Assembly (NCBI GenBank): GCA_951406725.2
Contig: OX597815.1
Coordinates: forward strand, 146,444,001 to 146,508,000
Source of the DNA: Octopus vulgaris
Taxonomy: Eukaryota
Length of the DNA: 64,000 nucleotides
Reading direction: 5' to 3'
The notes below the pieces were generated by a model that saw only the letters and a program-made list of their open reading frames with translations, ran no database searches and had not been told where the DNA came from. Numbering within the stretch: the first letter of the stretch is position 1; the number at the start of each line of letters is the position of its first letter. Both the position numbers and the translations under genes were made by a program. Positions 13,190 to 26,470 of this stretch are shown piece by piece.

Positions 13190-13621
13190 TAAGGATATGC
13201 GTGTGAAGTCGATATACAAAAAAGATCAAGTACATTTAATACAAAAAATGCACATATATTTGCATATAAGAAAGTCTGACTTATACAGAATAGAAATCAT
13301 ATCAGAACTTAAGCGGTTGAATAAGAATTTTACGAGTCCAACAGCTGTTTCTGGGAGATCCGCTCATTCTGTTACACTTAGTTCTCCAGAGAATCATTCC
13401 ATCTTTAATCTTCTTTTTGTCGACACCACAAATGCAAAATTCTTCTCTGAAGAAAGAAGGTGGTATTATCCGATATTGGAATCAATATACAGTCATTATT
13501 TTGGACCAACATTTCTATTTTGTATAAGTCGGACATTCTTATGTGTAAACAGATGTACACTTTTTAAATTAGATGGATTTAATATTTTTTGTATATCGAC
13601 TTCCTAACTTGCTTATCCTTA
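13190..13621. mobile_element. Penelope-like fragment with diverged inverted ends
   Basis: 13190-13298 is an imperfect reverse complement of 13510-13621. The minus strand carries a hammerhead 3' half, gaaac-agct-gtt, at about 13340-13351. Confidence 0.6.
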
Positions 13622-13752
13622 AATTTACTCCTCTGCTTGCTCGAGTTTAAATCTCTTGGACACTACGAATAATATAATATCGGATAATGTATGTTACTTA
13701 TCTATAAACTACACACATACGCAAGCGCATACACATATGTATATATATATAT

Positions 13753-13970
13753 ATGAATGAATTATCCTTTGTTACAGATAACATGGAAAATTCAATAAAC
13801 AGTTACCAGGGTAGCAAAATTCACGCAAGTAACAAGGATGTAGCGACCTATTCAAAGGTAGACACTCCGGGTTAATGTGCAGTAATTCGTATAGTATAAA
13901 TAAATGGAGTTGAACGCAGGTGTTATTCAAATTCTTTGAATAACACCTGCGTTCAACTCCATTTATTTAC

Positions 13971-13974
<4 letters not shown>
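13753..13974 (-). mobile_element. Penelope-like 3' end with perfect fold-back hairpin
   Basis: Near-copy of 20540-20724. 13897-13931 and 13935-13969 are exact 35-nt reverse complements with a ttc loop. Flanked by (TA)n. Confidence 0.8.
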
Positions 13975-14030
<56 letters not shown>

Positions 14031-14056
14031 GTATATATATATATATATGTGTATAT

Positions 14057-14116
14057 ATTTCCTCTATTTACATAATATTGAGGTCTCTTTCTTTTGTTAT
14101 CTTACCGTTTTTACCA

Positions 14117-14118
<2 letters not shown>
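14057..14118 (+). mobile_element. About 60-nt 3' end fragment of the 37848-38050 family inside (TA)n
   Basis: ttcctctatttacataatat..ggtctctttc..ttttgtt..ttacc matches 37988-38050. Confidence 0.7.
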
Positions 14119-14189
<71 letters not shown>

Positions 14190-15192
14190 AGGGTTGAAAG
14201 AGAGAGCAGGAGAGAGAGTGAGAGAAATAAAATGGTGGAAAGGTGTATTGAATGCAGATTATGATAAAGTGATTTTCAGATGTTTTCTTCGTGGAATGTG
14301 AAAGTTAAATAAGTGGTGACTTGTGACCAATTCTAGATGTGAAAGATTAATAATTTTAAAGAAATTATGAATATATCTGTAATTCAGTTAGCAAGATAAG
14401 AACACGAAAGAAATTCTAAGTTTTTTTTTTTCTTTCAGAGTTAAATGACGTCTGAATATATAATTCGGCTTCACTTTGCGTCTGTAGCATAGTATTGCAT
14501 TTTCTGAAATGCAGAAGATGTTCACATTTTGACATAGACACGAAGATTTAGAAACATTTGTATGATTTAAAAGTAAAAGAGGTGAGACCAAAAAAAATCC
14601 ACTTTGTTTGGATTCAGATAACGAAGTTGTAGTTTATATACGGAAAGCCGATACAAAGTATTCGTATGTTAAAATTTGTTGCAATGAAGCAGCAGAAAAG
14701 GAAACTGGTAATAATTGATAGGGACTTTCAATGAGGAGGTAATTTCAAGAAATTAGAAATGATAAAGGATTAATATACAACGAGAACACTTTACACGATT
14801 GCCTTTTAGTGCCCTCACACTTCCAATGAACAAAAACAAAACAGTGATTGATGACAACTAAATAGGTGTTTTAAACATACACACGCGCACGTACACATAA
14901 ACACACACAGATATCGGGACTTTAATTCAAACATACATGTACAAACATATTTAGTTAAACGGAAACAAAAATCTACTATGGCTACGAATTGATTAATGAA
15001 TGCATATATACATACAAACATACATACATACATGCATACATACATACATACATACATACATACATACACACACACACTCATATATATATATGTGTGTGCA
15101 TTTAAATACGTGTATGTATTGCACAAACACACGCACAGACACAGACACACAGACACACACACACAGACACACACACAGACACAGACACACAG

Positions 15193-15261
<69 letters not shown>

Positions 15262-15263
<2 letters not shown>

Positions 15264-15425
15264 CGCAGGAGTGGCTGTGTGGTAAGTAGCTTGCTAACCA
15301 ACCACATGGTTCCGGGTTCAGTCCCACTGCGTGGCATCTTGGGCAAGTGTCTTCTACTATAGCCCCGGGCCGACCAATGCCTTGTGAGTGGATTTGGTAG
15401 ACGGAAACTGAAAGAAGCCCGTCGT
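15262..15425 (+). mobile_element. CORE-type SINE 5' half, well preserved
   Basis: ggcgcaggagtggctgtgtggtaag (A box), ggttcagtccc (B box), cttgggcaagtgtctt core. Confidence 0.9.
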
Positions 15426-15544
15426 ATATATGTATATATATATATAAACATCTTATAATTATATATATATGCATATATATATATTTATGTTAAAAAAAAA
15501 TATATATATATTTATTTATTTAAAAATACACACACACACGCATT

Positions 15545-15616
15545 TTTAATAAAATGTTGTAGTGCGAAACAATTGTACCAAATTACCGGAGTCATTCTTG
15601 TTGCTTATTTTTGAGT
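15545..15616 (+). mobile_element. Penelope-like 3' end fragment with hammerhead 3' half
   Basis: gaaac-aatt-gta at 15566-15577; tail homologous to the reverse complement of 53271-53320; ends at (TA)n. Confidence 0.6.
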
Positions 15617-15650
15617 ATATATATATATACATATATATATATATGTATAC

Positions 15651-15692
<42 letters not shown>

Positions 15693-15800
15693 CATATGTA
15701 TACATATATATATATATATATATAAATACATATATATATTTATATATACAAAGATATGTATATATATATACATATATATATGTATATATATATACATATA

Positions 15801-15852
<52 letters not shown>

Positions 15853-16469
15853 TTCACGAGCATACACACGCACGCATATATAGACGTTTACATATGTTAA
15901 TATCTCTGACGTTTTAACATGCGCAAACATATTTGCGTGTCTTTCTGTGGCTTTATATACATACGAAGGTGTCCATACGACAGTATCATATATAACAATT
16001 AAAAGGTAAACGCTGCTTTAATGTTCAGAAAAGCATAAAACTGTACTCCATCAGCATTTTATGTTATGTACATATGAATGGGCAACCATCAAGGGAACTG
16101 AAACTTTAACAAAGCTAGTCTTTTATGTCAGCAATGAAATAAACTAATTTCTCCTTACAAAGTATGATATCTTTTGTCTTACAAGCGTATGCCCAGCGAA
16201 CATAGATCTATTTCAACTGCGTATTGTTCCAGTTATGAAGAACATTACGATTAGAATTTAGTATAATTTTAATTTCCACTTAGCTTTTTAACGATCGGTG
16301 TCATGACATACCTGTTGTACTCTTGATTTTTTGGGTTTTTATTAGCATTTTTGAAATCTTTAGTTGCCACATGTGAATTGTAATGTGAACGTCAGCTTAC
16401 CGAAATTCCATTTAATTTTCATATGGGACGAAGTGTATAACTTACGAGGCCAATACACATGTTTTACCG

Positions 16470-16608
16470 ATTATTCTCCACTCCTTTACATCTGTACAAG
16501 CCGCATAAATGCTTGAAGCTTACTAACTTCCTACACCTAGATTTTAGACTGTTTAACTATAGCTCTCTCTTTCTCCCTTTCTCTCTCCCTCTTTCTTTCT
16601 CTCTCTCC

Positions 16609-16645
<37 letters not shown>

Positions 16646-16967
16646 CATACATATACGTATAGGCGCAGGCGTGGCTGTGTGGTGAGAAACTTGCTTCCCA
16701 ACCACATGGCTCTGGGTTGAGTCCCACTGCGCGGTACCTTGGGCATGTGTCTTCTACTATAGCCTAGGGCAGACCAAAATCTTATGAGTGGATTTCGTTG
16801 ACGGAAAATGAATGAAGTCAGTCGTATATATATATATATATATTATTCTCCACTCCTTTACATCTGTACAAGCCGCATAAATGCTTGAAGCTTACTAACT
16901 TCCTACACCTAGATTTTAGACTGTTTAACTATAGCTCTCTCTTTCTCCCTTTCCCTCTCCCTCTTTC

Positions 16968-17015
<48 letters not shown>

Positions 17016-17033
17016 CATACATATACGTATAGG
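16470..17033 (+). repeat. About 190-bp near-identical direct duplication
   Basis: 16470-16663 is repeated at 16842-17033. By eye, one substitution plus microsatellite length changes. Confidence 0.95.
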
Positions 17034-17254
17034 ATATATATATATATATGTTTGTGTGTCTGTGTTTGTCCGCCACCATCGCTTGAAACCGATGTTGGTG
17101 TATTTACGTCCCCGTAACTTAGCGGTTCGGCCAAAGAGACTTATTGAAAAAGTACTACGCTTACAATGAATAAGTCTTGGGGTCGATTTTGTTCGAATAA
17201 AGGCAGTGCTCGAGCATGGCCGCAGTCAAATTACTAAAACCAATAAATGAAAGT

Positions 17255-17255
<1 letters not shown>
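16662..17255 (+). mobile_element. CORE-type SINE whose internal (TA)n holds a copy of the upstream flank
   Basis: 5' half at 16662-16825, 3' half at about 17050-17255. Confidence 0.85.
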
Positions 17256-17337
<82 letters not shown>

Positions 17338-17981
17338 CATACATACATACACACAGATATGTGTGTGTGTTTAAGTGTGTTGATGCACCGAAAACTAATA
17401 AATAACAGAACGCAATACCAAAGTGAAGAGGCTTCTTATATAGATTATAACTGAAAATTCATTATTGCAGTGCTTCGCGTTTCGATCGTTCAAGTGGTAA
17501 GCTGAGCAATTTTTCCTTTCAAACAGTTGTTGTTTGAATATCATTTAAAAAAATGTTATATGAAAGCAATGAAGAAACGCTCTGTCTTTAAAGAGATTGG
17601 CTGCTTACTTCTCTGCAACTAATCAAAGTGATGTAAATTCCTCTGACGAAATACCAATAAGGTCCAAAAATTGCTTAAGGCTTTTCATCATTTTTTTCAA
17701 TCTATGGAGAAATAGTTACATTTATTCGTTATATATCTACTAATAGGTTACGCACACACGCGCACGCACGCGCACACACACACAGGGAAAGTGAGAGGGA
17801 GTGGGAGAGAGTGAGATGGAGAGGAACGCACGCAAGAACAAATGTATACGTACTGCATGTTGCATTCATGTATTTAATATATATATGTGTCATATACAAT
17901 TGTATTTCTTTTTCATAATATTGTAAAATATTTTATCTTGTATTTTAATACATTTCTATGCAAGACTTTAAGTACGGTGAC

Positions 17982-18013
<32 letters not shown>

Positions 18014-18322
18014 TGTATGTATGTACGTATGTATGTATGTATGTTTATGTATGTATGTATATATATATAGAATGCATGTTTATTAGCAATGAAACATGCA
18101 TTTGCAATGCAAACGAATATTATTAGGCATATACTAAAATGGGCATGTATAAATGGAATTGCATATATCTGTAATACTATAAAATTCATATTTATAAACA
18201 CAGCGTACATTCATAAATGTATATGTGTGTGTGTGTGTATATATGTGTGTGTGTGTGTATGTGTGTGTGTGTGTGAGTGTGTATTTATGCAAATGTATAC
18301 ATTTGTACATTTAGGTATATAG

Positions 18323-18366
<44 letters not shown>

Positions 18367-18412
18367 GCGTGTGTATGCGTCTGCGTATGTACATGCATAC
18401 GCTCATTAACAA

Positions 18413-18446
<34 letters not shown>

Positions 18447-18453
18447 TTATATG

Positions 18454-18507
<54 letters not shown>

Positions 18508-19675
18508 CAATTTAGCGAGCCAAGTTCTTTTTGCTGAGTAATAGAATGATCTAGTTGTTATTTTTATTCATCTTGTTGATAAGATCGGTTTCTTGGCGCC
18601 ATAGTCTACAAGAACGGAAAGAACTTTCAATTGGAAGTTCACTCTTATAAACTCTCTCTATCCTTTTGTTATCCTAAGTCTGATAACTTTTCAGCAGCAG
18701 AAGTCATGTCTGATAGTTTGATTTTGAGCCAATGTCCTTTCCTTTGCTACCACGACTTTCTCTCTCTCTGTCTCTCTGTCTCTCTGTCTCTCTGCCTCTC
18801 TCTCTCTCTTCCTTTCTCCCACTGTTGTGTATTGTTTCCTTCTTGGTGTTGCTCATTCTGTCTCTGTGTGTGTGTATATATACACGTACACATTTCTCTC
18901 ACCTCCTATTTCATTCCTCTACTGTTATTTAAATGTAATTATGTTAGAAGGTTGTATGTCAGCGTCTCTGTCTCCATACTCGAATTTTTTTTTACAGCAA
19001 ATGAAAAAATAAGTTAAATAAAACAAAAACAAAAAAATCAAAACCCGAAAACAAAGAAAGTAATTCACAAAATTGCCGTTGTTGTAAGACATTATTACAT
19101 TTCAAGATAATCCTCATGTAATTTCGTTTTGAGATTTTCGTCTGTAACGCGTTCCATAGAATGATTTATATATTTCTCTGAACTACATGTTTTTGTGTTT
19201 CGTTGGAACAAACTATTGTCTGTTTCTTAAAGAGATACTTTCTATTGGAAGTCTCCTTGGCCCGTTATGTTATCATCAATTTAACGAGACACGAAGGTGT
19301 TGCCAATATTTAATTAAACGGATCCCGTTATGATTGGTATATATATGCCATAAACACCTTTCTCGATGTAATATAAATTTCACTCAATACTTGTCATTCA
19401 GAGGGAGGTACCAAGTATTCAGTTCCATTACATAAGATTGATACGTAGTTACGTACATTAAAAGAAATCAGTTAATCTTACTCCCCGCCCAAGAAATATA
19501 CATGGCTGATACTGCGTAGAAATACGAAACGAAACAGCAATGCAGTAACGTGTACAATGAAAGAAAAAGAAGTATCAGGTTACGGCCTTTTTTTTCTCAA
19601 AGAAAAGAAAAAATATATGAGGCAAGATTAATAGGAACTATGCGAAATTTACATATCTTGCATAGAGAGCATCAG

Positions 19676-19722
<47 letters not shown>

Positions 19723-19730
<8 letters not shown>

Positions 19731-20505
19731 GTAAAAAATAAATACAGACGTGGACAAGAACGTGAAACACCAAAGAGACGACACAAGAACCACAGGACGG
19801 GACATTCGAAGCCCTCAGTCATCAGTCAAGAACCAGATCATCTTCGCAATTTCGGCTGATTAATCTTGAGATTGCTCCGATCTGGGCAGCCCCCCAAAGG
19901 AAAATGTAAGCCAAGCGCATTAGATCCCTTGGAAGAAAGCTTCGAATGTATACAACACGAGGACGGAAAACGAACGGAGTACACGAACAAAAATACAGAA
20001 TACGTGACACCAATAAGAATACAAAAACGTAAAATCAGTAACGGTAAAGATAAAAAACAAAACAAAACCAGGACGTAGGACAAGGGTCTTTCGACAGGAC
20101 GAGTTGAGTTGGGGCTGGCTTATGAAGTAGTGCCTAATGGCCGCAGGGAGACGAACAAATACGTGTTGCTTCGACGACTGCTGGAACGAAAAGGGCGCTC
20201 AGCAGTGGCTAGCGGTCACGTGAGAACAAAAGACAGGAGAAAGGGACAGATGAAGAGAGAGAGAAGTTGGACGACGGAGGAGAAGAAAGAGACAGATCGA
20301 GGGGACTGGAGGTGAGAGAGATAGAGAAACGTAGAAGGGGGGACGGATGGAGAGGGAAAGAAAGGAAGGGGAATAAGGGAGGAGAGAGAGAGAGAGAGAG
20401 AAAGACACAGATTAAGAGTCGTATCAATGCTAGAGAAAAAATATACTTATCGTATAAGGACAATTGTGGATACGTAGCCGCCGATTATATATGTAAACAG
20501 TAAAA

Positions 20506-20511
<6 letters not shown>
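19723..20511 (-). mobile_element. Penelope-like 3' region with reiterated terminus
   Basis: Same tail family as 10826-10935. The terminal gtaaacagtaaaaaataa is repeated at about 20493-20510. Purine-rich tract on plus; flanked by (TA)n. Confidence 0.55.
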
Positions 20512-20536
<25 letters not shown>

Positions 20537-20539
<3 letters not shown>

Positions 20540-20830
20540 GGATGAATGAATTATCCTTTGTTTACCGTTAACATGGAAAATTCAATAAACAGGGTAGCAA
20601 AATTTACGCAAGTAACAAAGATGTAGCGACCTATTCAAAGGTAGAAACTCCGGGTTAATGTGCAGTAATTTGTGTAGTATAAGTGAATAAATGGAGTTGA
20701 ACGCAGATGCTATTAAAATTCTTTTACTTTCGACATATGTTTCGAAGACAACATTGGTTTTATTCCAAAGGAACAAACGGTGTAAAATGCAATATTCTCT
20801 TCAGGAAAGAAAGAGAACCTATCTCAACAA
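20537..20830 (-). mobile_element. Penelope-like pseudo-LTR fragment with hammerhead ribozyme
   Basis: Second copy at 13753-13937; contains a canonical hammerhead; 3' end abuts (TA)n. Confidence 0.75.
20727..20809 (-). ncRNA. Type I hammerhead ribozyme, canonical core
   Basis: Minus strand: stem I ctttc, CTGAAGA, stem II gaa..ttc (extended, imperfect), GAAAC, palindromic ATAT, GTC cleavage triplet, stem I gaaag. Confidence 0.8.
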
Positions 20831-20902
20831 CAAGACATTATAATAATTTTGATAACTGCAGTCATGAAAATTTTATAATCGAGGAAAGTAGGATTGTATC
20901 AT

Positions 20903-21550
20903 AACGCGAAGAATACAGAACTTCAAGTATTCAACCACGAAATGCCCGTGTCAGTGAAAGTGAGAAACGGTAAGTCGCTGAAAGTAGTTGAAAATTTTAA
21001 ATACCATGGTGCGTGAACACAAAGTATTGAAAAATACATCATATCAAGGAAAGCTCTTGCCTGGAGTATATGCCATAAATTGAGACAGGTATGGACTTCA
21101 AAGTTAGCATGGAAAGTGAAAGTGAAGTTTTCTTCTGGCAACAGTGGAATCTGTTCTATACGGGGCTGAAACATCGACACTAAATAAAGCATTGAAGAAG
21201 CAGTTGGACGGTTGTTATATGGGGATACTTAGAATGGTACTCAATGTATCGGTGAAGAGTCATACAACAAACGCCGACTTATACCGGGGACTGGCAAAAG
21301 TAACATTGAAGATACAGCTTAGAAGGATGAGGTTAGCTGGACAGTGCATCACAAAAACCGATGAAATTGCTAACAAGCTAGTGCTCTGGAAACCAACGGA
21401 AGGAAGTACCTGGAGAGGAAGGCGGAGGAATACTTGCTGGAGGATACTGGTATGGAGCTAAAGACCATTATGAAAGATCGAAATGAATGGGGAAAACGTG
21501 CGGTAACAGACTTGGGGCGTCCTGTGAGACGACTTAGATTGATAGATAAT
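20903..21550 (+). mobile_element. RTE-clade LINE 3' fragment (RT C-terminus, disrupted)
   Basis: LKVVENFKYHGA..RKALAW..VESVLYGAETSTLNKALKKQLDGCY..RRMRLAGQC; tagattgatagat tail. Confidence 0.85.
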
Positions 21551-21654
21551 TTACGATAACGTACACAAACCGATACCGGTTATCAAACTACAGATGGCGA
21601 CAAACACACACACGTTAATGCACACGCAATCACGCACACACACACATACACATT

Positions 21655-21800
21655 ATAAGTTTGTACTTAATTCATCAACCTCCGAAAGGATGAAAGGCAA
21701 AGTCAACCTCGGCGGAATCTGAACTCAAAACGTAAAGACAGACGAAATACCACTAAGCATTTCGCCCGACGTGTTAACGTTTTTGCTAGATTTCCGCCTT
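21655..21800 (-). mobile_element. Deu/Nin SINE fragment
   Basis: ccgaaaggatgaaaggcaaagtcaacctcggcggaatctgaactc. Confidence 0.8.
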
Positions 21801-22792
21801 GATTATATAAAAAATATCTAAAAACTCATATTATTCGTCATGTTAGTGTAGTAAAGTTAACACCGCCACCGCTAGTGGCGGATCAAACACAATAACTAGG
21901 ACAATTAAGAACAATTATTATGAATCGGTTTCCAGCCGTAGTGTAGTTCAAACCGCTCTGAGCCAAACATAATCATCCCCTACGTCACCACAGTCAATGC
22001 CACTTCCATATTAACAAATGCCTCTTATTCTGAGTTACCATCCTTAGCTTGTCGAATTCCTCACGTTAAAGATCGGATGCTAGTAATATGATGATGCTAA
22101 AGTAACAGATGTCACTAAAACATGCTTTCAACATATGCACCTTATGTTATAACTGAAATTAGAGAATTATTGCGATATTCGTATACGAAAGAGTAGAACG
22201 GAATCGGTGACTTAATTGCAATACTGTTATACTGGCATCTATTTCAAGCAATAATGCGTGGTTAAGGTGGGGAAAATGCATAAGAATATTGTGAAGATAC
22301 TCCTTTTTGAGTCACTTACTATGCAAATTCGATTCTACAGTGTAGATCTTGGCCTAGTGTCTTCTACGGTGAATTAGCAGCCTCATATAACCTTGTGGGT
22401 GAAATGGTTGAGCGGAAACCATTGAATTGGTCGTACCTATTCTATCATGTTAGACTTAATCCTCACTTAGTTAACATCATTACCTTATCATTGGACGAAA
22501 TTTAACGGAGACCATTGGTAGGATTCACGCCATTCATCTATTTTGGTTATAGCTACATATTTATCTTGATTCTTCCACTGGTCATATAGAACATCCAAAA
22601 TTTTTAACCTTTATCCTTTTCCATTTCCCTAAGATATACGAATGATATGTTGACAGATCGAATTAATAAGTTACCTGGTAGTTGACCTTCGTTAAACGCA
22701 ATAAAATAATTACTGGTTTCTATGTGTTATGTTATTAGTTTTACGTAAAACATTAATATAACGAAAATGTAATATTTCTTTGACACAGGTAT

Positions 22793-23000
22793 TACGAGAG
22801 GGTGCTGAAAATTAACTGGCTTTAAGGGTATTGTGAAATACATGGCAGGAGGCTCAACCTTCTGACTTAAAAAAAACCCTGAAGGACCGCTGCAATTTGT
22901 GTGTGAAGCTGATTGGGGAATATATTAAATGAAGTCATAATTAACTGATCCTCCTATATTTTCTTTTATCCAGTGACAGTAACTTTTGAGCATAATCCAC
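22793..23000 (+). mobile_element. mariner-derived MITE, decayed
   Basis: tacgagagggtgctgaaa TIR-like start, internal remnant KDRCNLCVKLIGEYIK* of a mariner C-terminus, end aacttttgagca. Confidence 0.6.
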
Positions 23001-24209
23001 ATAACCAAGCTGTACTTTGCTTAGAAGAAGACGGAAACGAAACAGCAGATTTCGTGAATGTCACATGTACTAAAATACGTATTACAACAATTCATGCAGT
23101 TATAAGTCTAAGATTATTGAATTACAGAAGTGTAAATATTGGCTGGTTTGATAATAATGTACTTCGGAATTAAACACAATCTGTTTGTTACTTTATAGTC
23201 AATAGGCTATCTAAGCTGAGCTTTTACTCAGAATACAGAAAGGTGTGAGACTAAATATTAATTCATATCTATTCTTCTTGTGCTGTATTTTCCAAATAAT
23301 ATGAACCTATTCTCTACATGGTAATTCCAGACTGCGTCAATCAAAAGTCAAACTCATTTCTGTCACAACGTGAAATAATATGTTATTCCTCAGGTGCTAT
23401 CGCTGTAATTAAAGAGAAAAAAAAAGACTAAAAGTAAACTCGAAAACTATTTACAAACTTAACATGACAATAGTTTACTTTTCACGAGGCACAATTGATT
23501 GGAGGACAATCTGATGTCCACATATATGCTAGAAGCATTATCAACAGAAATAGAATAATGCAACATATGATGAAAATGTAAACTTGTCAGAATGTGTTGC
23601 TGCTAGAGGCTTCGTGGCAAGTAAATAACTTGATCAACAGCCACTGATCACACACAGAGAAAATATATGGAATTCACAGTATTTAATTGAAACATGCATT
23701 AAAAGATTTACGAATATGTGACGGCTTGGTACTTGGTATAGATATCACGGTATGTCGTAACACTATCTCGTATAATATTTGTATTTTTACTAACAGAAAG
23801 TGATATGATTGGGTAATCTTGGTTGGTTATATTCTCCATGTGGTTTCTATAACTTATTGGTCTCGGATAAAAAATATTCAGTTAAATTACACTTGTGTGT
23901 ACACCCATATAGAAGTGACCTGGGTGTTTATTAAGATGTATTAAGAAATGAATTGACCTGTGTTCCGCATTTGTATTGGCCTAGTTAGGGTGTGTGCCAA
24001 CTGGGTTAGCCCCTCATTTTGCTGTCCCAACCCGAGCCACAAACCTATACAGGCTTACAAAAAGACCTTAAAATACCACCCATAAAAGCACTAACTGTAG
24101 GGGAAAGAAATTCCTCGCCCACTCAGCTATGCAACTGACTTCCTGAGGCGACATAAATATCCATATGATGCCTGTCTTCGGCCCTCTTTCTTGATACGTT
24201 TTTGATTTC

Positions 24210-24405
24210 TCAGTTGAGATTTGGTGCAAGGCCAGCAATTTTTGGGGAGGAGCGAAGTTTATTAAATCGACCCCACTACTGGACTGGTTCTTATCTTATT
24301 GATCCCGAACAAAATGAAAGGTAAAGTCAATTTCGACTTTGAAGTCAGGACGTAAAGCTGTTGAGCGATGTGACCGGCCCGCTAACGATTCTACCTGCTC
24401 GCAAA
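24210..24405 (-). mobile_element. Old Deu/Nin SINE
   Basis: aatcgaccccact..tgaaaggtaaagtcaa..gctaacgattctacctgctcgc. Confidence 0.65.
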
Positions 24406-25377
24406 CCTATTATAATACAGTAATATTGAAAATGTAAGCATTTCAGACTATTTCAGAATCAAATAAACATATGAAATGGCTGGAGATTACATAAGAGAAA
24501 CGACGTAAATGTTAGTCCTGAATTTAATGAGATAAGGGTTTCGTAAAAATAAGTGCATAAAAAATAAACAGTAACGTGTCTATTCATTCTTAAATCGTTC
24601 TGGCAGATTCGATCGTGAATATCTGATTGCTGTCGTTATTACTTGGATTGTCACTGCGTTGCGTGCACCCCATGAATTATAAAATAAAATGAAGTAAAAG
24701 AAAATAGCTCAATGTCTGAGGAAAATCAAATTAGAGCAACTTCAAAAAGAAAAAGTATGGATGATGGAAAGAAACTAACAATTAATGGATTGGAATTTCG
24801 ATACAAAACATGAATAAAATAAACTTAAAGCTCAGATGAATTTAGAATACTTCTAGAAAAATAATATATCAATAAAAAATAATATATGTACATAAAAATA
24901 TATAACATGGCTGAAAGCCTCATCCGAGATTTAATAGAAGAAATGACATTCAAGTTTTAGAAATTACAGTGATGAAGATTAGTATGAGTTGAATTTTAAT
25001 GAGGGTTAGCTTCCTCAAAGAAATAAAGATAAATCAGAATAACTCTGAGAATTTGTAACACACACACACGCACGCACGTGCATACACTCATACACGCAAA
25101 CACACACACACACACAATCAAACACGCACAAACTCATACAAAACAGGATACAAACATCACATGCAGGCAATATACAAACACGAAATATACAAACTCACTC
25201 CCCCCATAAACGTATACTCGAAAATAATCTGAAATATTTTCATGATTTACATATATAGTGAATCAATCACCGCATTATTCAATCAGGTTGACTAAGCATA
25301 CGAATAAAAAAAAAACCTTACAAAAAATAATAAAGCAAGCACACAAGAGAATGCAGTCAGAGCTGTATATATATATA

Positions 25378-25422
<45 letters not shown>

Positions 25423-25440
25423 TATATGTATGTATAAATA

Positions 25441-25494
<54 letters not shown>

Positions 25495-25621
25495 CGTTTG
25501 AGTGTGTGAGTGTGTGTGTCTATGTGTGAATTCTTTGAATATTTGGAAGTTGTTAGCTTTTATACTGAAACTTGTTATATATGTTGGGGGAGGGTGTATA
25601 TATGTTTGTGGGTTTGTATGC

Positions 25622-25661
<40 letters not shown>

Positions 25662-25792
25662 TTATATATGTATATCTCTACGCATGCTTATATATACGTA
25701 TATGACATTCGGTTTATATATTAACACGAACCCCCATCTATACACACACACTCTCACATGCACACATATATCATATGAATTATATATATATT

Positions 25793-26232
25793 ATTCAGGA
25801 GTTTTATTTTTATTGCGAGCTTTCACTTCACTACAGAGCGCAGCTGTGGTTTGCTGTGATGCTTTTATGGTTACTGTATTGAAAGTGTTTTGCGTAGGAT
25901 GTGTGCAATGCCCAGTAGTGCAATTTTCTGTATGTTATATATATTTGTAAGTCACGGTGTTTTTGTTACGTATTTCTCCAAATATTTCGTTGTGATACCT
26001 AATGCGTCCACTATGACAGGAATTGTTTCTGCTTTTAGACTCATTCGTGTTACCTCTAATTCCAGGTCTTTGTATTCTGAAAGTTTCTCCATTTCTTTTA
26101 GAGAACCGTTGTCATCTGCTGGTATTGATACATCAATTAGAAAGCATTTTTTCTTCATGATCTCTGACAACTATATCTGGCATTTTGGCCTTAATTTCTC
26201 TATCTGTGTGTATTGGCATATCCCAGAGTATG
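25793..26232 (-). mobile_element. R4/Dong-like (RLE-encoding) non-LTR retrotransposon 3' end
   Basis: [74 protein letters not shown], a PD-(D/E)xK restriction-like endonuclease, frameshifted. Confidence 0.85.
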
Positions 26233-26333
26233 TTTGCTTTCTAGTTTTCTTGCAACACAAATTCATAAACGTATATATATGTATGTAGGCATGTATATAT
26301 ATATATGTATGTAGGCATGTATATATATATATG

Positions 26334-26410
<77 letters not shown>

Positions 26411-26431
26411 GTGTGTGTGTATTATTTATTT

Positions 26432-26470
<39 letters not shown>

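Noticed and set aside
13038-13607. 189-aa ORF
   Set aside because: Spans a transposon end, a microsatellite and a repeat fragment; no recognisable domain.
24711-25040. Broken A-rich reading frame (MSEENQ..KLTINGLEFRYK), faintly FLYWCH/MULE-like
   Set aside because: Too short and interrupted to support a call.
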